From Ramazzottius varieornatus (lineage: Eukaryota > Animalia > Tardigrada): a DNA stretch of 64,000 bases. Positions 24,649-37,842 of the stretch are shown piece after piece (the stretch's first letter is position 1; each line of letters starts with the position of its first letter). A program made the translations under genes and the position numbers. The notes beneath the pieces are model-generated. The model did no database searches and was not told the DNA's origin. It saw nothing but the letters and a program-made list of their open reading frames with translations. The stretch spans positions 488,973 to 552,972 of the forward strand of contig BDGG01000012.1 of assembly GCA_001949185.1 (NCBI GenBank), written 5' to 3'.

Positions 24649-27600
24649 TTATTTCTTCATTCGGAAGTCAAACCCGGAACTTTCCGCCACGCGAATCGAC
24701 CTTCTCTGCGAAGGTTTGCCAAAGCTATAAGCGTCATCCGAATAGTCATCGGAGGAGGAAAGAGAATCTGTAGATCTCGAAGACAGAGACAGGTTTGTAA
24801 AGGGTTCTTCCAGAGCAGGCACTTCACTGCCTGAACGGTTCTTGGCGCTCGAAATCTTGTTTCCAACATTCGAAACCTTCCCGGAGCTCCGCTTCGAATT
24901 CGGGTTTGTTTTCGCACTCGGAGTTTCTGCTGCTTTCACAGCACGAGCATTCGCAATCTTCTTCGCGTTCGCGATCGAGGCAGTGGAACGCGCACGATCA
25001 GCCAGAATATTCGTCGAGACGGATGAGGGTAATGGCTGTGTTATGGGTATGGATGTTGTACTGTGATCTGTCGCCATCTTGGACTTCCGAGCAGCTAACT
25101 TCTCGCTGTACCGTGCTTCTATTCTCCGTGTCATATTCGCAGCTTCCTCCTCGGAAATACTCCTCGTCGTCGTCATCATCGGTGTGGGTGAAGGTATCCT
25201 CGATGGCACATGCGATAGTTCTGCTCGCGAAGAGGGGCGTGACGATGAGAAATACGTGCTTTGAGTGTAGGCAACATTGGGTCGAATGGGCTTGACGGAA
25301 GCACTGATAGAAGTGTTGCTCGATAACGAACTAACTTGAAGCGGCAGTTCGGACGACAAAAAAGGACTTCGAGTGCGTTGTCCGGGCTTCAGTTTCGCCG
25401 CTTTTGGACGCTCTAAGGAGGATGTTCTCGACCTCGTCGACGATGTGGATTCAGCTGGATGTGGACCAGGACCTGTATCGACAGGCATCATGCCTGGATA
25501 TCCCCTTTACTGCTCAATCCAACATCGCAAATAAACTGGGCAAAAATAGTACAAAAAATGCAGGAACCGGAAGTCAACTAAGCTCAAACTATTACAGTAT
25601 ACAAAGTAGATATGTCAGGGGAAGTCTACATATACGATTCCGAAGCAGCTGACTTGTGTGGAAAAGCTTATCGTCAAGAGGTAGTCTTGGTAACATACCT
25701 ATCTTCCTCTTCTTCCTCATCTTCATCATTTCCAAAACCAGCCGATGGGTAGTCCGGTGATGTAGGCGTCAGCAGCCGTCGGGACCTCTTCTTCCATATT
25801 TTCTCCGCTTCGGTCACAACCTCGGTTATCGCTGCATGTTGCCGAGTGTGCCTGTCCGGTTTGCCCAAAGGTTTTGGCTGTGTGAAGGCGTCGGTTTGCT
25901 GGTCCTCCAGATACCGGAAGATCCTGTGCAGTCGAAGCAGATACTGCTGCTGATGGTTGGCGTCTCCGAAACAGTCGGCTTTCTCCCAGTCTCGGGACTT
26001 GCGGGTCTGTCTGTGCTGATACCGTTTCCAGGCCGACGCAAAGACTTCGTGCCGGAGGTGCTTGATGCGACTGATGAATTGCCTGAAGGTTTCTTCGTAG
26101 TGCTTGACAGCTGTCAGCCTCTTCTTGGTCGAATAGTGTTGCGGAAAGTTCTCTGGGGGCCGAGGGTAGTGTCTGACGAGCTTCATGGCGTACCTGGGCA
26201 CGGACTCTTGCCCGTCGGTTTCCTTGGTGGGCGGGTCTTCGTAAAGTATGGTGTTAACGACAGACGGGAACCCCCCGAGGAGGAAGTAATGCTCAGCCAT
26301 GTCCCTCAGCGTTTCATTTTTCCCGGAGTGTTGACTGTGCTTGGTGGGTCCCGTTTTTGAGATGTTTGTGTGATCGGGGTCGATTGTGGGACTAGAAGTC
26401 ACTTCGCTGCACCTGGAGGATACTTCACTTCCGTCGTCTTCGTTCTCTTGCTGGGCACCATCTACTGGTGTGTTGGTGGCACTTAGATGATTCAGGGATG
26501 GCCGGCTGATTCGTCCCAGTTTCCGAGTGCGGTTTCTCCGTAGCTTCTGCTTTGACTTTCGATGGTGCAGCTTCGTCTTGGATGGTCGCTGCGATAGACC
26601 GAGCAGAGCTTCAGAGCTCCGAGGAAAAACGGCGTGACTTTGGATGCGCTCTTGCCTGTCCAGTGGTTTCAGGGGCTTTACAACCTTCCGTAAGGGTATC
26701 TTCTGCACTTCCGGCTTACGGAGAACGGTGATGGCCGGCTGAGGAGCTTCGGTCTTGGAAGCGCCACTTTTCTGGACCGTTGGTTTCAACAATGCTCTGA
26801 AGAAGAATATTTATCCATCCAACTAAATTCTTGTTTTATCGTTTTGAACATAATATTGTCAGAAAACGTGACTCTGTAAAAGGTCTGTTCTCTGAGCGCT
26901 TTGGTCGATAATAAGAGATTGGCAAGCAAACTCGCCAGGACCGTTTTCCCAAGTGGCGCACGCCTCTGGTTAATATCAACGAGAGCCTGCGCCGCTTGAG
27001 AGGTACTTCTACCGGGATTGTTTGCTGAGTTCCCACATTCTTCCGGGTTCTAATCGGCTTATACCTGGTGGCTTCTTTTTGTTTCTTCATTTCTTCTTCT
27101 TCCTGAGCTGTCTTTTCCACCTTGGCCTTCCATTCATCGTGGATACGCGTATACACACCACGGTACGCCGGTAGCACCAGAATTTGCACATGGCGGTTTC
27201 TGGCAGAGTAGGGGCCCGTTCGGCTAGCAGCACCTGTAATCTTGCCAGCATGAGGCGAGTTCTGCGCGGACTGAAGTCGAGCCGACAGAGCGTCTCTCGA
27301 CTCTTTATCTTCCCTCTCCTCCTGCTTGTCTGCATCGGTTGTGGATGGAACTTCCTTGCCTGAAGGACATGCGTTCCCGATGGACAGAAAATACTCCTTC
27401 AGCATGTCCATGCCTTTCTTCTCTGCAACTAACCACACATTAAAAATTTAGATCCAAAAATTTTCTTTTTCTGTAATTATTTATTTCAGTCGATTTATTG
27501 AAAAGGAATACCGTCAAGCCGAAGGCAATCTTGGTTGGACCATAACGGCCGAGAAGAATTCCAACGGGCTGCCACCAGTTCTTGCACGGCGTTGCGGACT

Positions 27601-29527
27601 TCATGTGCCAGCGAGAACGGGCACGAAGGATCGTTTAAGACATCCGCGGTCTTTCTGGGAGAGGTCCAGATGAAGCGCTGGTAGGTCATCATTCTTCGAT
27701 ACTTCAGCTTGTCACCCAATGAGCATTTATCCAGCAGAATCTTGTGGTCCCGGAAGCTGCAGCCCTGTAACGACTGCATTAGCAATTTGAGATATCAACT
27801 GAGCGGTGTCTCACCGTACTCTTTTGGGTGTCGGCTGAGTTGGCTAGCTGGTTGCAGCATGGATAGACCCGGGCGTAGGTGCGTTGTGGACATTGCTCTG
27901 CCGGACAAGGATGATGACGACAGTGGCTCAGTTCACACAACTGAAAATACTGGAAGAAAGAAATCAGTCAAGGACGGAGTAGTGCGCGAGGAGAAAAATC
28001 GACCAGGTGCGCAAACCTCATCACATTCTTCGCATTTCATTGCATTGAGAAGCCCATAGAGATACCATAGCATTGCTCGGTTCGTTCCAAAACTCCTCCT
28101 TAGTTCGTCGATTCTATCCTGGAAGTTTGCATCTTGCAACCTTGAAAAGAACTCCGCATTACTTTTAAAAATGTTCAAGTTATCGGGTACGAGTAAGAAT
28201 TCTTTCAGATCTTTCTCACTCTGAATGGGCGTATCCAATTTTCCCATCGGCTCGTCGAACGACCAAGTAACTACAGCACGGTAAGACCTTTGCCAGTTCC
28301 GGTGTCATCCAACGCTGACAGAACGCACACATGAAGATATGCTTGGCCCCTCCATATGGAAAGTACTCCGGGCCGAAGTTCTCCTTCCGAAGAACTTCCT
28401 GCACCCACACACCATACAGTCTCTCCGCCAACCAGTCACTATGGTCCGTACATTGTTCAAAGTAGTCCGGGTTGAGCTCAGTCGCAAGGACCTCCACGAA
28501 GCTTTCCGTCACGTGTTCCCAGGCCCTATTCCTGCCCCTCACAGCCATCGCCCAGTTCTTTCTTAAAAAATCTATGATGTGACACTTGGCAGCTTTGACA
28601 CCCAACAAGACCGCTGTAGCGAAGAGTGGGATGGCGAGAGAGATCGAGATGGGTTGGATGGTATCTCGTGTTTGCTTGTGCGTCACTTTGACGAAGTGCA
28701 GCAACCAGTCCCATAGTTCTTTCTGAATATACAGCGACACCTGTACGCTTTGGGATATTTCGTCGTGGTGAGAGACACCACGTAACGCTTTACGGAAGTA
28801 GTCCATGGAAGTCTGCAGAAGTTGCGAGTTGACTGCGTATGCGCGGACCAGGTTCTCGGCTGGAGCTTTGAACTCATCGCGAACGCAGACAATGATATCA
28901 CCCTTCAGCTTCTTCTCTGACTCAGGACCGGAAGTCTGTGAAATTTCTTTGCCGAGCAGCTTTCTGTACGTCTGTCTGAGCTTGAGGTCCTCGTTGTATA
29001 GTGAAAACAGTACAAGAGGGTCGCTGAGATCTTCCGTTGAGAAGTTTGATGCATGAAACGAATGTCCCCCATCAACCTTACTGGATCTTGTCAGTAATCT
29101 ACGGAAGTCTCTCCGCAGTTTATTTTCACGGCTAAACACACTAGTCTTCCCAGTGGGAATGTTTGAGGAATAGTCGGGTTCTTCGTTGGCTTTGTCGAAC
29201 TCGAGTAGGAGTTCTCTGGGTTGATTTTGGACGTTCGCCACTGCGTTGGTCGATTCTTCCTTGTCGACATCTTCCCAGCAATCGTCGTCGTTCGTCTGCT
29301 TGAGACACTCTTCACATCCAGCACGTGAGATACTGCAGTCTCCTTCCGAAAGAACAGACTTGAGTGATTTGTTCAAGTAAGGCACAAATATTTTGGGAGG
29401 ACGAAGGAGAAAGGTATTCATCTCACCTTACCGACAAGAAAGGCAGAGAATGGAGCTCCTGTCTGAAATGTTGCCGTGACCACAGTTGCTGACGGCTAGA
29501 CTTACTTACAGTGAAGCTTTCATCCAT
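24649..29527 (-). CDS. SANBR/KIAA1841-like (DUF3342 BTB-like) protein with a long low-complexity C-terminus. Start uncertain; inclusion of the exons at 24649-27438 is inferred.
   Basis: IIVCVRDE...LLQTSMDYF...WDWLLHFVK, then FMCAFCQRWMT...LPC...DGKIGYAH and LWYLYGLLNAMKCEEC, in the KIAA1841 motif order. Downstream same-strand ORFs are bounded by splice sites. Confidence 0.65.
26915..27035. mobile_element. Family A element, monomer, intron of SANBR-like gene
   Basis: 47-bp core from 26951, ending TTGTTTGCTGAGTTCCCA. Lies between a minus-strand donor (~27064) and acceptor (~26797). Confidence 0.85.
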
Positions 29528-30309
29528 TCTTCGCCACAGAGAGAAAAGGGTCCTGAAAGAAACACTTGACATTTGGAGCACGCAGTGAAAAGAGAGCGAC
29601 CCAGTCACTTGCCTGTGATGGGACCAGCTCTCCTTCTACGAAACTCTCTTTCTGAATTCCGCGGCATCGGAGCACAGCAGTCGCAGCAATCGCATTGTTC
29701 CTTCTGAGTTAGAGTCTCTTATACGAAATTGAAAGGGGTATTGGTCGTTTTGCGGAGAAACGTTTTCCGAGGGACCGAGGAACAAAGCGATGCGTTCGAA
29801 TTTCCGCGTTCCGACATTGGGGATGCAATGCTACAGTAATAAGGAGGTGCTCATGATTAACGCAAAAATGATCAGCACGAAGAAACCGTCGTCACGTGGC
29901 CAATGTTACGCAGACACAATGTCGAAAGTCACGTGGTACAAACTTTGTACGTCCATGTTTACCATTGACGTCAGGCGCGTTATGTGATCGCTGCGTTTGA
30001 TTTGAACTCTGAGTTCGAACTCCGAAGCATCCTTTCCGTGAATAAAAGTCCTTCTTCCATCAGTCGTCGATAAAAGTCGTTTTGTAGCACGTTCTCCTCT
30101 TTCTGAACAACTGAAAAAGAGTTCTGTCTTCTACTTTCAACGTCCGGAGTTGCGACCAACTACAAGATACACCTGTTTTTCCATTTCTGTCTGGTGGGAG
30201 GACAACAAAGAAACTCTCTTCACTTTCTGCTGAACAAAGCGTCTCTTGAACTGCCCTGATTCCTGCTTCTTCTTCGGTTTTTTGCTGGAGTGCCTACGAG
30301 ACAATAGTG

Positions 30310-31064
30310 ATGGGCTATCATGTTGAACCTGAAATATCGGCGGTAGCTGAGCATCTTCCTACTGACGACGTTGAGAGTTTGGAAACGATGCTGAATGCCT
30401 TTGAGGAATCCATCCAACATCAAGTTCCCGAGAATTACACCAACTTCTGGCTCCTGTAAGTACAGAACAGCCGTTCCAAACTCTTGAGTCTTGATGGCAA
30501 AGGAAGTGGATTGCCCTCTAAAATTTAAGAAGGGTAACTGGGCCGTAGGCACTACGTCACAGATTGTTGTGGGAAATTTCCATTCATTCAGGAAGATACA
30601 ATACGTAGTGCGCCAATGAAACGGGGCTGCTCTTCACCTTTTAGGTGTCGAGTTTCGGATCCCGCCAACTCGAAGGAAATCCTGTACGTCGTCATGTGCT
30701 GCGCAAAGCTAGATTGGGATCTGGGAACCGAACTGATGAAAACCTTCTGCCGAACTATGGAGATCAACGAGGAAATGAATGGCTTCCAACTGTGGTACTT
30801 CGGTACGTTACGTTCTCCCTCCCTGTTCTGTTAGTTTTTCCAAGTATCTGAACTGTTTTTTGTCTCACAGGAAAGCCTGTACGTGGTGGAGATACTCCAC
30901 GCAGCTTAGGAATGGGCAGGGGTGATGTGATCGAGGTAAAAAGGAAGGAGCGGAAGCTGGTTGCCGTTCTAGCAAAGGAAGAACCCAGTGAGCTGCCTGA
31001 GTTACCCGAGGAATTCCCCGAACGGGATTCACAAGAGATTCAGCCTCATTCAGACAGCAAATAG
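30310..31064 (+). CDS. SUMO-like domain protein, 165 aa, no di-glycine after the fold; exons 30310-30455, 30645-30802, 30871-31064
   Basis: Spliced LMKTFCRTMEI...FQLWYFGKPVRGGDTPRSLGMGRGDVIEV matches the SUMO pattern LMKAYC...F.FDGQ.I...DTP..L.ME..D.I.V. Exon phases are consistent. Confidence 0.75.
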
Positions 31065-31705
31065 TTTTTTGAGAGCCTTGTAGCTGGTTTTTGAAGTGGG
31101 TGGAAAGTGTTGTCAGGGAAGGCCTTCGGCTGGTGGCTGGTATTTATGCGTCGGATAGATTATGCTGGTGGTGATGACTGTGCGTTCGGACTCAATCCTG
31201 GGAAATGTGATAGAAAAATTAAGCCAACGCGTTCTACGTTCAGTTTGACCTTCGCTACTGTACAAAAGGTTCTCTCGTAGCTAGACTGTACATGGTAGCT
31301 TTGACACAGTGTCTTAATTTTAAACTGCCCAGTCCGCAGGAGTTTTTACTTTTATTCTCAAAATTCTTTGCTTTTGCATCTGGTGATTTCTCTGGAGTTT
31401 CGTGCAAATTTCTGAGTCGAGTTCTCTCTCAAGTGCCTACGTTGCACTGTTTTTTAGAATGGTCTCATTGTACAATATGCAACCCGTGATAATTAAAATG
31501 TTCTAGTTTGCTTGAAACGCGGACCGAAGCTGAGAAACAATGACAATAATTCATAAGGTTTCCCGATGCAAAAATAGTATTCTAATTTTCGTTTGAGCAA
31601 AGGAATTCAGGATAGGAAAGAACTCAAGGAACTTCTGCCTCTATGGCTAGCTAATACGGCACATTTTCCGGAAAACAGAGATTGTTTGCCTCTTCGATAC
31701 TTTTG

Positions 31706-33089
31706 CTACCTGTCGCTGAGGGGTTCTATGGAAAGGCCATGGAGAGCTTGGCCGGTCTGTGCATCGACGAAGCGGAATGTCATGACGTCTCTGTCCACTT
31801 GGAAAACGCCGAAGCCACCCAGCTTCAGGGTATCAGCCCAATAGTACTTCAGCGAGCCTTCTACAGACAAATAGAAAGGAAAGCATTAACTTAGGCGATG
31901 TGCGCTCTGTGCAAAGAGTCTGGCTGATGGCACTGCCAAACCTACTGGGAATGGTACTGAGGTGAATTTGACTGTCTTCGATAAAGTTGGCCGCCCCAAC
32001 GACCAAATATTCGGTGGTCCAGTTCTTGGCACTGGTTTGGATATGCTGTAGGTTGTGATCGTGTCCCGACAGGTATGCCTGGACCTTGTACTTGTGCAGC
32101 AAGGGGAATAGTCTGTCGACAAGGCATTTTGTAGAACCATGTTCGGCCACACTGTAGACGGGATAGTGACCACCAACCAGAAGGTACTCCGCCCTAAAAC
32201 ACAAGAAGCACGTTTCAAGTTCAACAGGACCGTGGTACCAACGTGAAGTGTTGAGTACGGTACCGGGAAGCTTTGAGAGTTTTTTCGATCCACGCCCATT
32301 GATCTTCGGCAGTCCGGATTTCGCTGGATGTCGCCCAAGGTTCAGGCTGCTTATGGAGGAAATCGTGATCACTGTGACCGCACAGAAGTACCGTGTCAAT
32401 GAGAACGATCTCCACAGTGGCTCCGCTTGGACATTCGAATTTTAGATTGTAATAATAATCAGGAAACTTCCTATCAAAGTTACAAACAAAGTACTCGTAG
32501 TGTAATAAACGATACGAACATAGTGATACATAATGATTTCTTACCAGCGGTTGAGTTTGTCCGAATAAGCGATTTGTGCGGAGACATTACCGTTATGGTC
32601 GTGGTTTCCGGCGATGAGGTACCACGGAGTATCCAGTGAAGTCGCTTGGAAAACTGTTTCGTAGGTTCTTTCGAACCGTCTGTCGTTGACGTCCTTCACT
32701 CCGTCGAAGTAAAAGTTATCTCCGAGCGCGAGGGTGAACTTTGCATCGACCGCGTCCGCAGTTAACCCCATTTGTCTGGCGATGCTTAGTTCCACTGCCG
32801 TACTACACACAACAATACAAGGTGTTAGCACGAACCAGACTTATGTCACGAAAAGCCGAGAAGCGAGAACATCAATTGAAAAACACTACGAGTATGCTTA
32901 CTGATAAGGTGTAACCGGAAGTCCACCCCAATCACCCAACACAAGAAAACTGAGCAGTCCGTCGTTGCTCTTTCTTCCTTTGCGACCATCCCTCCCGTCT
33001 GAGTGGTTATGTTTCAGTATCACTCCAAGCGACGTTCCAATGATTACGAAGAAGGCCAGCGTAATGAAGACACGCTGTATCACAGCCAT
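31706..33089 (-). CDS. ACP5: Tartrate-resistant/purple acid phosphatase type 5, multi-exon
   Basis: FLVLGDWGG, LGDNFYFDGV, IAGNHDH, LVGGHYPVYS, YLSGHDHNLQ. N-terminal hydrophobic segment; start approximate. Confidence 0.93.
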
Positions 33090-33565
33090 TCCCGCTTGGC
33101 TTGTCCCGAGATTGCTAAGCTTGACGACTCCACCAGATGGTGCAACCAAAGGGTCCAACTGAGATCCTCGACGGCCCTGCTCCAAGACGAAGGACTACAA
33201 TGAACGAATAGCGACTTCAGAACAAAGGTAACAATTAGAATGAGCAACAAGTTGCTGACAGCCTGACAACAACAAAGAAAATAATGTTATCGTCCACTTC
33301 TCACTCTGAGTTCTGATGAGCAATCATGGATCGAGTGTGATCAGCTGATCCGCTCACGAGCGTTTATCCATTAGCTATAAACCGCTTGGCGTGCCAACGT
33401 CGGCAATACCGTTGCTTCTGGCAGGCCGTACCGGGTTAGGTGATGCAGTACAAGGCTGTTACTGTTACTGTGATTAGAGTTTCCGACGGAAGTGGCTGGA
33501 CATATCACTGATTCCACAGTTTTCCGTGACGATGTGATCTAGTTGGAAAGGCTGAATCTGCCACC

Positions 33566-36500
33566 ATGCCCGGACATCACGCATATAGGCTGCTGACCAG
33601 CAGAGCGGGCACGAGGAGGCTGAGACACGTAAGTCTGCTCCGTAGTGTGCATACTTGGACACCGCTAGCTGCAGCCTTCAACCGGAAGCCCGAGCAGAAG
33701 ATCCTATCCATCTTTGACAAGAAGCGCAGGGTGAGTCCTGGACGTTCGTAGACACTGGGATCAATGATTTATCGTGTTTGCCCTGACGGTGCGCTGTTGC
33801 AGGGTTTGTTTGGGAATCCCTTGTTAGCCGATGCAAGTGGTTTCTATCTCCTGAAGGAGCAGGCCGAAATCGACAGCGATGCACTGGTGCGGGAGGCCAC
33901 AAGCACGGAACGGACACGGAATGTGGTGGAAATCTTCGATGAGCTGTCAGACGTCCTGTGTAGAGTAGCTGACTTGGTAAGTTCGAAGATATTCGAGTTT
34001 TGTGCGTAATGCGTATATATGTACCTTCTCGGCATCTCCCATTGTTTTGGATGCAGCATGATCTTCTAAACCCGTAGCGTATCGTGTTTGTTGACGTATT
34101 TTTCCCATTAGGCTGAATGTGTAAGACTGCTGCATGGAGAGTCCAACTTCGCACAAGCGGCCGAGGAAGCGCACTCGAGCATGAGTAATTTAGTGGAACA
34201 GTAAGTGACCGGAAATACCACAGGAGCTGTTCGCATACCTGTAGTGTGCGTTCCGCGCTCCTGTAATTTCTACCAAATGTTAAGATCCATGTAATGGTTA
34301 CAGACTGAACACCAATCGTCCGCTGTATAATTCTTTACGGAAGTGTGTCGAGAAGGGAGACATCAAGCCAATGGACGATGTCGACAAACATACAGCGAGA
34401 CTCTTCCTGGTCGACTTCGAGCTCGCCGGTATTCACTTGGAAGAAGCTAAGGTATGAGAAACTCCAGGTGCCTGGCTTACTATGCCATCCAGTCTATTTC
34501 GAGTGTTTTACTTGCAGAGAAGGAGAGTTGTTCAGCTAAATTCTCGTATACTCAGCGCCGGAAGCAAATTCCTCAGGAGATGCTATGAGCCGCGATACGT
34601 GAAAGAGAGCCAGGTGCCCGAGGAAATAAAACCATAGTAAGTCTCATTTACTTGCGCAATACATTGTTCGAAAGTTGCTAGCTCAAAAATCTGTCTTTGC
34701 AGTTTCGAGCAAGATGCTGGTCACCTTGTTGTGACGAACCTGATGTCGGATGCGCCGAGTGAAACGGTGAGGGATCAGCAACGTGAGTGTGCAAATGTAA
34801 TATTTCAGTTCGTTTCGATGTAAGCAGGGTTCTTCTTCCTTTAGATCAGAGAAGCTGCTTTCAGAGCGTACCTAATGCCGGATCAACATCAGCTGGAACC
34901 CCTGAAAGATTTATTGGATGCGCGGAATGAGCTGGCGCATTTGGTGGGGAAGAAGTCGTACAGCGAACGCGCCAACCAAGAATCGATCTTCAATAACGTC
35001 GGTGAGTTCTTCGGGACGATGTTGTGTCTGTCGCTACTTTTGAACATAATCTCGTTTGCTAGGCACAATCACGAGCTTTTTGAACACCTTATCCGAGAAG
35101 ATTGCTCCAATTGCAAAAGAAGAATACGTCCAAATGTTGGCTTTAAAAAAAAGGCTAAGTCCTCAAGCCACGGAAGTTTACCCGTGGGACACTGCTTATC
35201 TCACTGCACTCCTGCGGAAAGAAGGGTGTGTCAAGGACCGTTAACACGTGCCTCGAAATTGCCGACTCTTGCTCGAAGTTGTAATCAAAGTCTCTATCGT
35301 AGGGATAGCGGAATGGATAACGCGAAGCTTAGTCAGTTCTTCCCTCTTGGTGCCTGTATTGACGGGCTTAGCCATCTATTCCAGTCTATCTATGGTGTCC
35401 GGCTAGCCGTGGAAGATACTTCTGCGGAAGACCTATGGTCACCAGATGTCTATAAGCTCGTAAGTGCCAGTGGCGAGTTCGCTAATTGTTACTGTGCCTC
35501 TTAGTTCGAACGGCTTGGTTGCAGTCAGCGAGAGATGAGAACGACGAGGTTCTTGGATACATTTACTGTGATTTATACGAGCGAGCAGGCAAAGCTCACC
35601 AAGACTGTCATTTTACCATTCGAGGGGGACGACAGCTGTCCGATGGATCGTACCAGGTATTTCCTACTCTCACCTGTATTGTACCCCAAATGTCGGATTG
35701 TGCTTAGGGTGACTTGTATTTGTCGTTTGACAGACTCCAACAGTGGTTCTCTCGCTGAACTATCAAAGTCCGAGTGGAAGACTTCCTTCGCTGATGCCAT
35801 TGTGGAGCATCGACAACCTGTTTCACGAAATGGGCCACGCTATGCACTCCATGATTGGAAGGACCCGGTACCAGCACGTCACAGGTTTGTTGAACGCACT
35901 TTTTGAAATCGTAGCTCAGCATGCGAACTCGACAAGATGGTTTCCCCCCAAGTAGCGCCGGCTTTCAGCCAAATAACGCTGAAAACGTGCGCCACTAAGG
36001 CCAGCAATTTCGTCCAGTTTGTATTGGCGAGCTTCTGACTACTTGTTGGTGTTTGGCTTTGACAATGGTGATCATGGCTTTGATTGTATAGGCACAAGGT
36101 GCTCGACGGACTTTGCCGAGATCCCCTCCACCCTCATGGAGTTCTTTTCCGGTGACAGTCGAGTACTGTCCAGGATAAGTAGGCACTATCAGAGCGGTCA
36201 GTCCCTGTCGGAAGACATCCTTTATCAAGCGTTGGAGTCTCGTAAGCAGTTCTCAGTAACGGAGCTACAGCAACAAGCCTTCTATTCTATCCTTGACCAA
36301 GCGTACCACGGCTCAACTGTGCCTAAAGACCTCAACGCTACGTTTGCCGAACTCCACGCGAAACATGTCACCGTACAATACGTCCATAACACCGTGAGTC
36401 TTCAACCTAAGCTTCCATCTCGCTACTGATTCGAGCTGTATGTTGGTTCTGGTTTCAGGCATGGCAGCTTCGTTTCGGGCATCTGTTCAGTTATGGTGCT

Positions 36501-36788
36501 CGATATTACTCGTACCTCCTATCTCGGGCCGTAGCTTCCGATATATGGCTGGGGTACTTCAAGAAGGACCCTTTCGACAGAGAAGGCGGCGTGAAGGTCC
36601 GTGAAGGCCTACTGAAGCACGGAGGGGGAAAACCCCCACTGGAGCTCGTTTCAAGTAAGTCTCAGTGGAGGGAAGTTTCACTGCGCGTCAGGACTAATCA
36701 GTGCTTCATCTTTACAGATGTGCTGCAGCACAAGCCCGATGTGCAAGAATTGGTATCCGCGTTGGTGCAGAATACGAAAAAGGCATAG
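33566..36788 (+). CDS. MIPEP: Mitochondrial intermediate peptidase (M3A), multi-exon
   Basis: Arg-rich presequence, then [44 protein letters not shown] (HEXXH), [20 protein letters not shown]. Confidence 0.96.
35911..36036. mobile_element. Family A element, monomer, MIPEP intron
   Basis: AACTCGACAAGATGGTTTCCCCCC-AAGTAGCGCC...TTTCAGC-loop-GCTGAAAACGTGCGCCACT. Confidence 0.85.
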
Positions 36789-36861
36789 TTCGAAAGAGCT
36801 TGCCCGCGTGTTAAAAAAAAAAGATTAGTGTTACTAAACCAAAGCCTGTTAGAAAATGAAC

Positions 36862-37679
36862 TGGGGAAGTTGATATCAAACTTGACTAGCGTAGGATATT
36901 TGATTAGTGCTGGTGATTTGCTCCGCCCACTCCTTGCTCTAATAACGAGAGGATGAGACGCTAATGGAAGCCCGCGATTAGCGTAATTTTTCCGGGAGCG
37001 TTTGCAAAACAAGCACCATTTTTCGAAGATTAGTTCAGATCGAGATATCAAACTGAACAAAACTTCGAATTCAAATTGGCAAACGGGTATGAGAGATTGT
37101 CGGTTGTGGTTCTTAAAGCTGAACCGGATCAGTCAACTTCTCTGAGAATAGTCACAGTTAAAGGTAAAGTGAAATTGAGAAAGTGGTTAAAGCTGCAGTC
37201 AAAGAAACAGTGTCTGTTGTGGTAACGCCACAGTTAAACGTGAAGTTTCGTATGATTTCCCAAAGCTACAGTCACACTCACAGTTACAGTGATAAATTTC
37301 AATATTTTGTCCGATATAAAAGCCGCAGTCAAGCGTGCAGTTATGGGTGTAGTTTGACGAATAACCCATGAGCGATGTCAGGCCTTGAAAGACACAGTTA
37401 GAACAGCAGTTGGCACTTCATTGAGATATCTTGTGAGATACGCTAAGATTTGGGAAGAGTCTTGGAAAGAAATGGCCGCAGAAAAGCTTGGTCAAAAAGC
37501 TACTCAAACTCATTGCTCACTGGATTAGCGGTCCGTATGTCTCAATCAAGAATCAGGCATGGATTAGCGTAGTGAGTTCAAGTGATTCGGCTCCACCCAC
37601 ATGCTCCATCTTGGTTGGCTGATTCCTGCTCAAATCAACCTCGCTACGCTAATCAAGTTCGATATCAACCCCCACTGTA
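36862..37679. mobile_element. Degenerate non-autonomous DNA transposon (~815 bp), Tc1/mariner/pogo-like end
   Basis: ~31-bp inverted repeats at 36862-36894 and 37644-37674. The right end reads TA-CAGTGGGGGTTGATATCGAAC on the minus strand. Internal GATTAGCG and CAGTT repeats; no transposase ORF. Confidence 0.65.
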
Positions 37680-37842
37680 TAAAACTTAGAGAAAGTAATC
37701 GTAAATAATTTCTGTTCAGGTGATCAGCACCACTAACATGAATACATTGGTGTCGATTGTCGAACGTAATCAGTAAAACCGTGAAGTCTCGTAAAAAGTG
37801 ATAACGTGGAACAACTGAAAAGGTTCAGCGTGTGATAGGTAC

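Noticed and set aside
28216-28247. Apparent frameshift between SANBR-like ORFs
   Set aside because: Explained by a short phase-2 intron (GA|GTGAG...TTCAAG|G).
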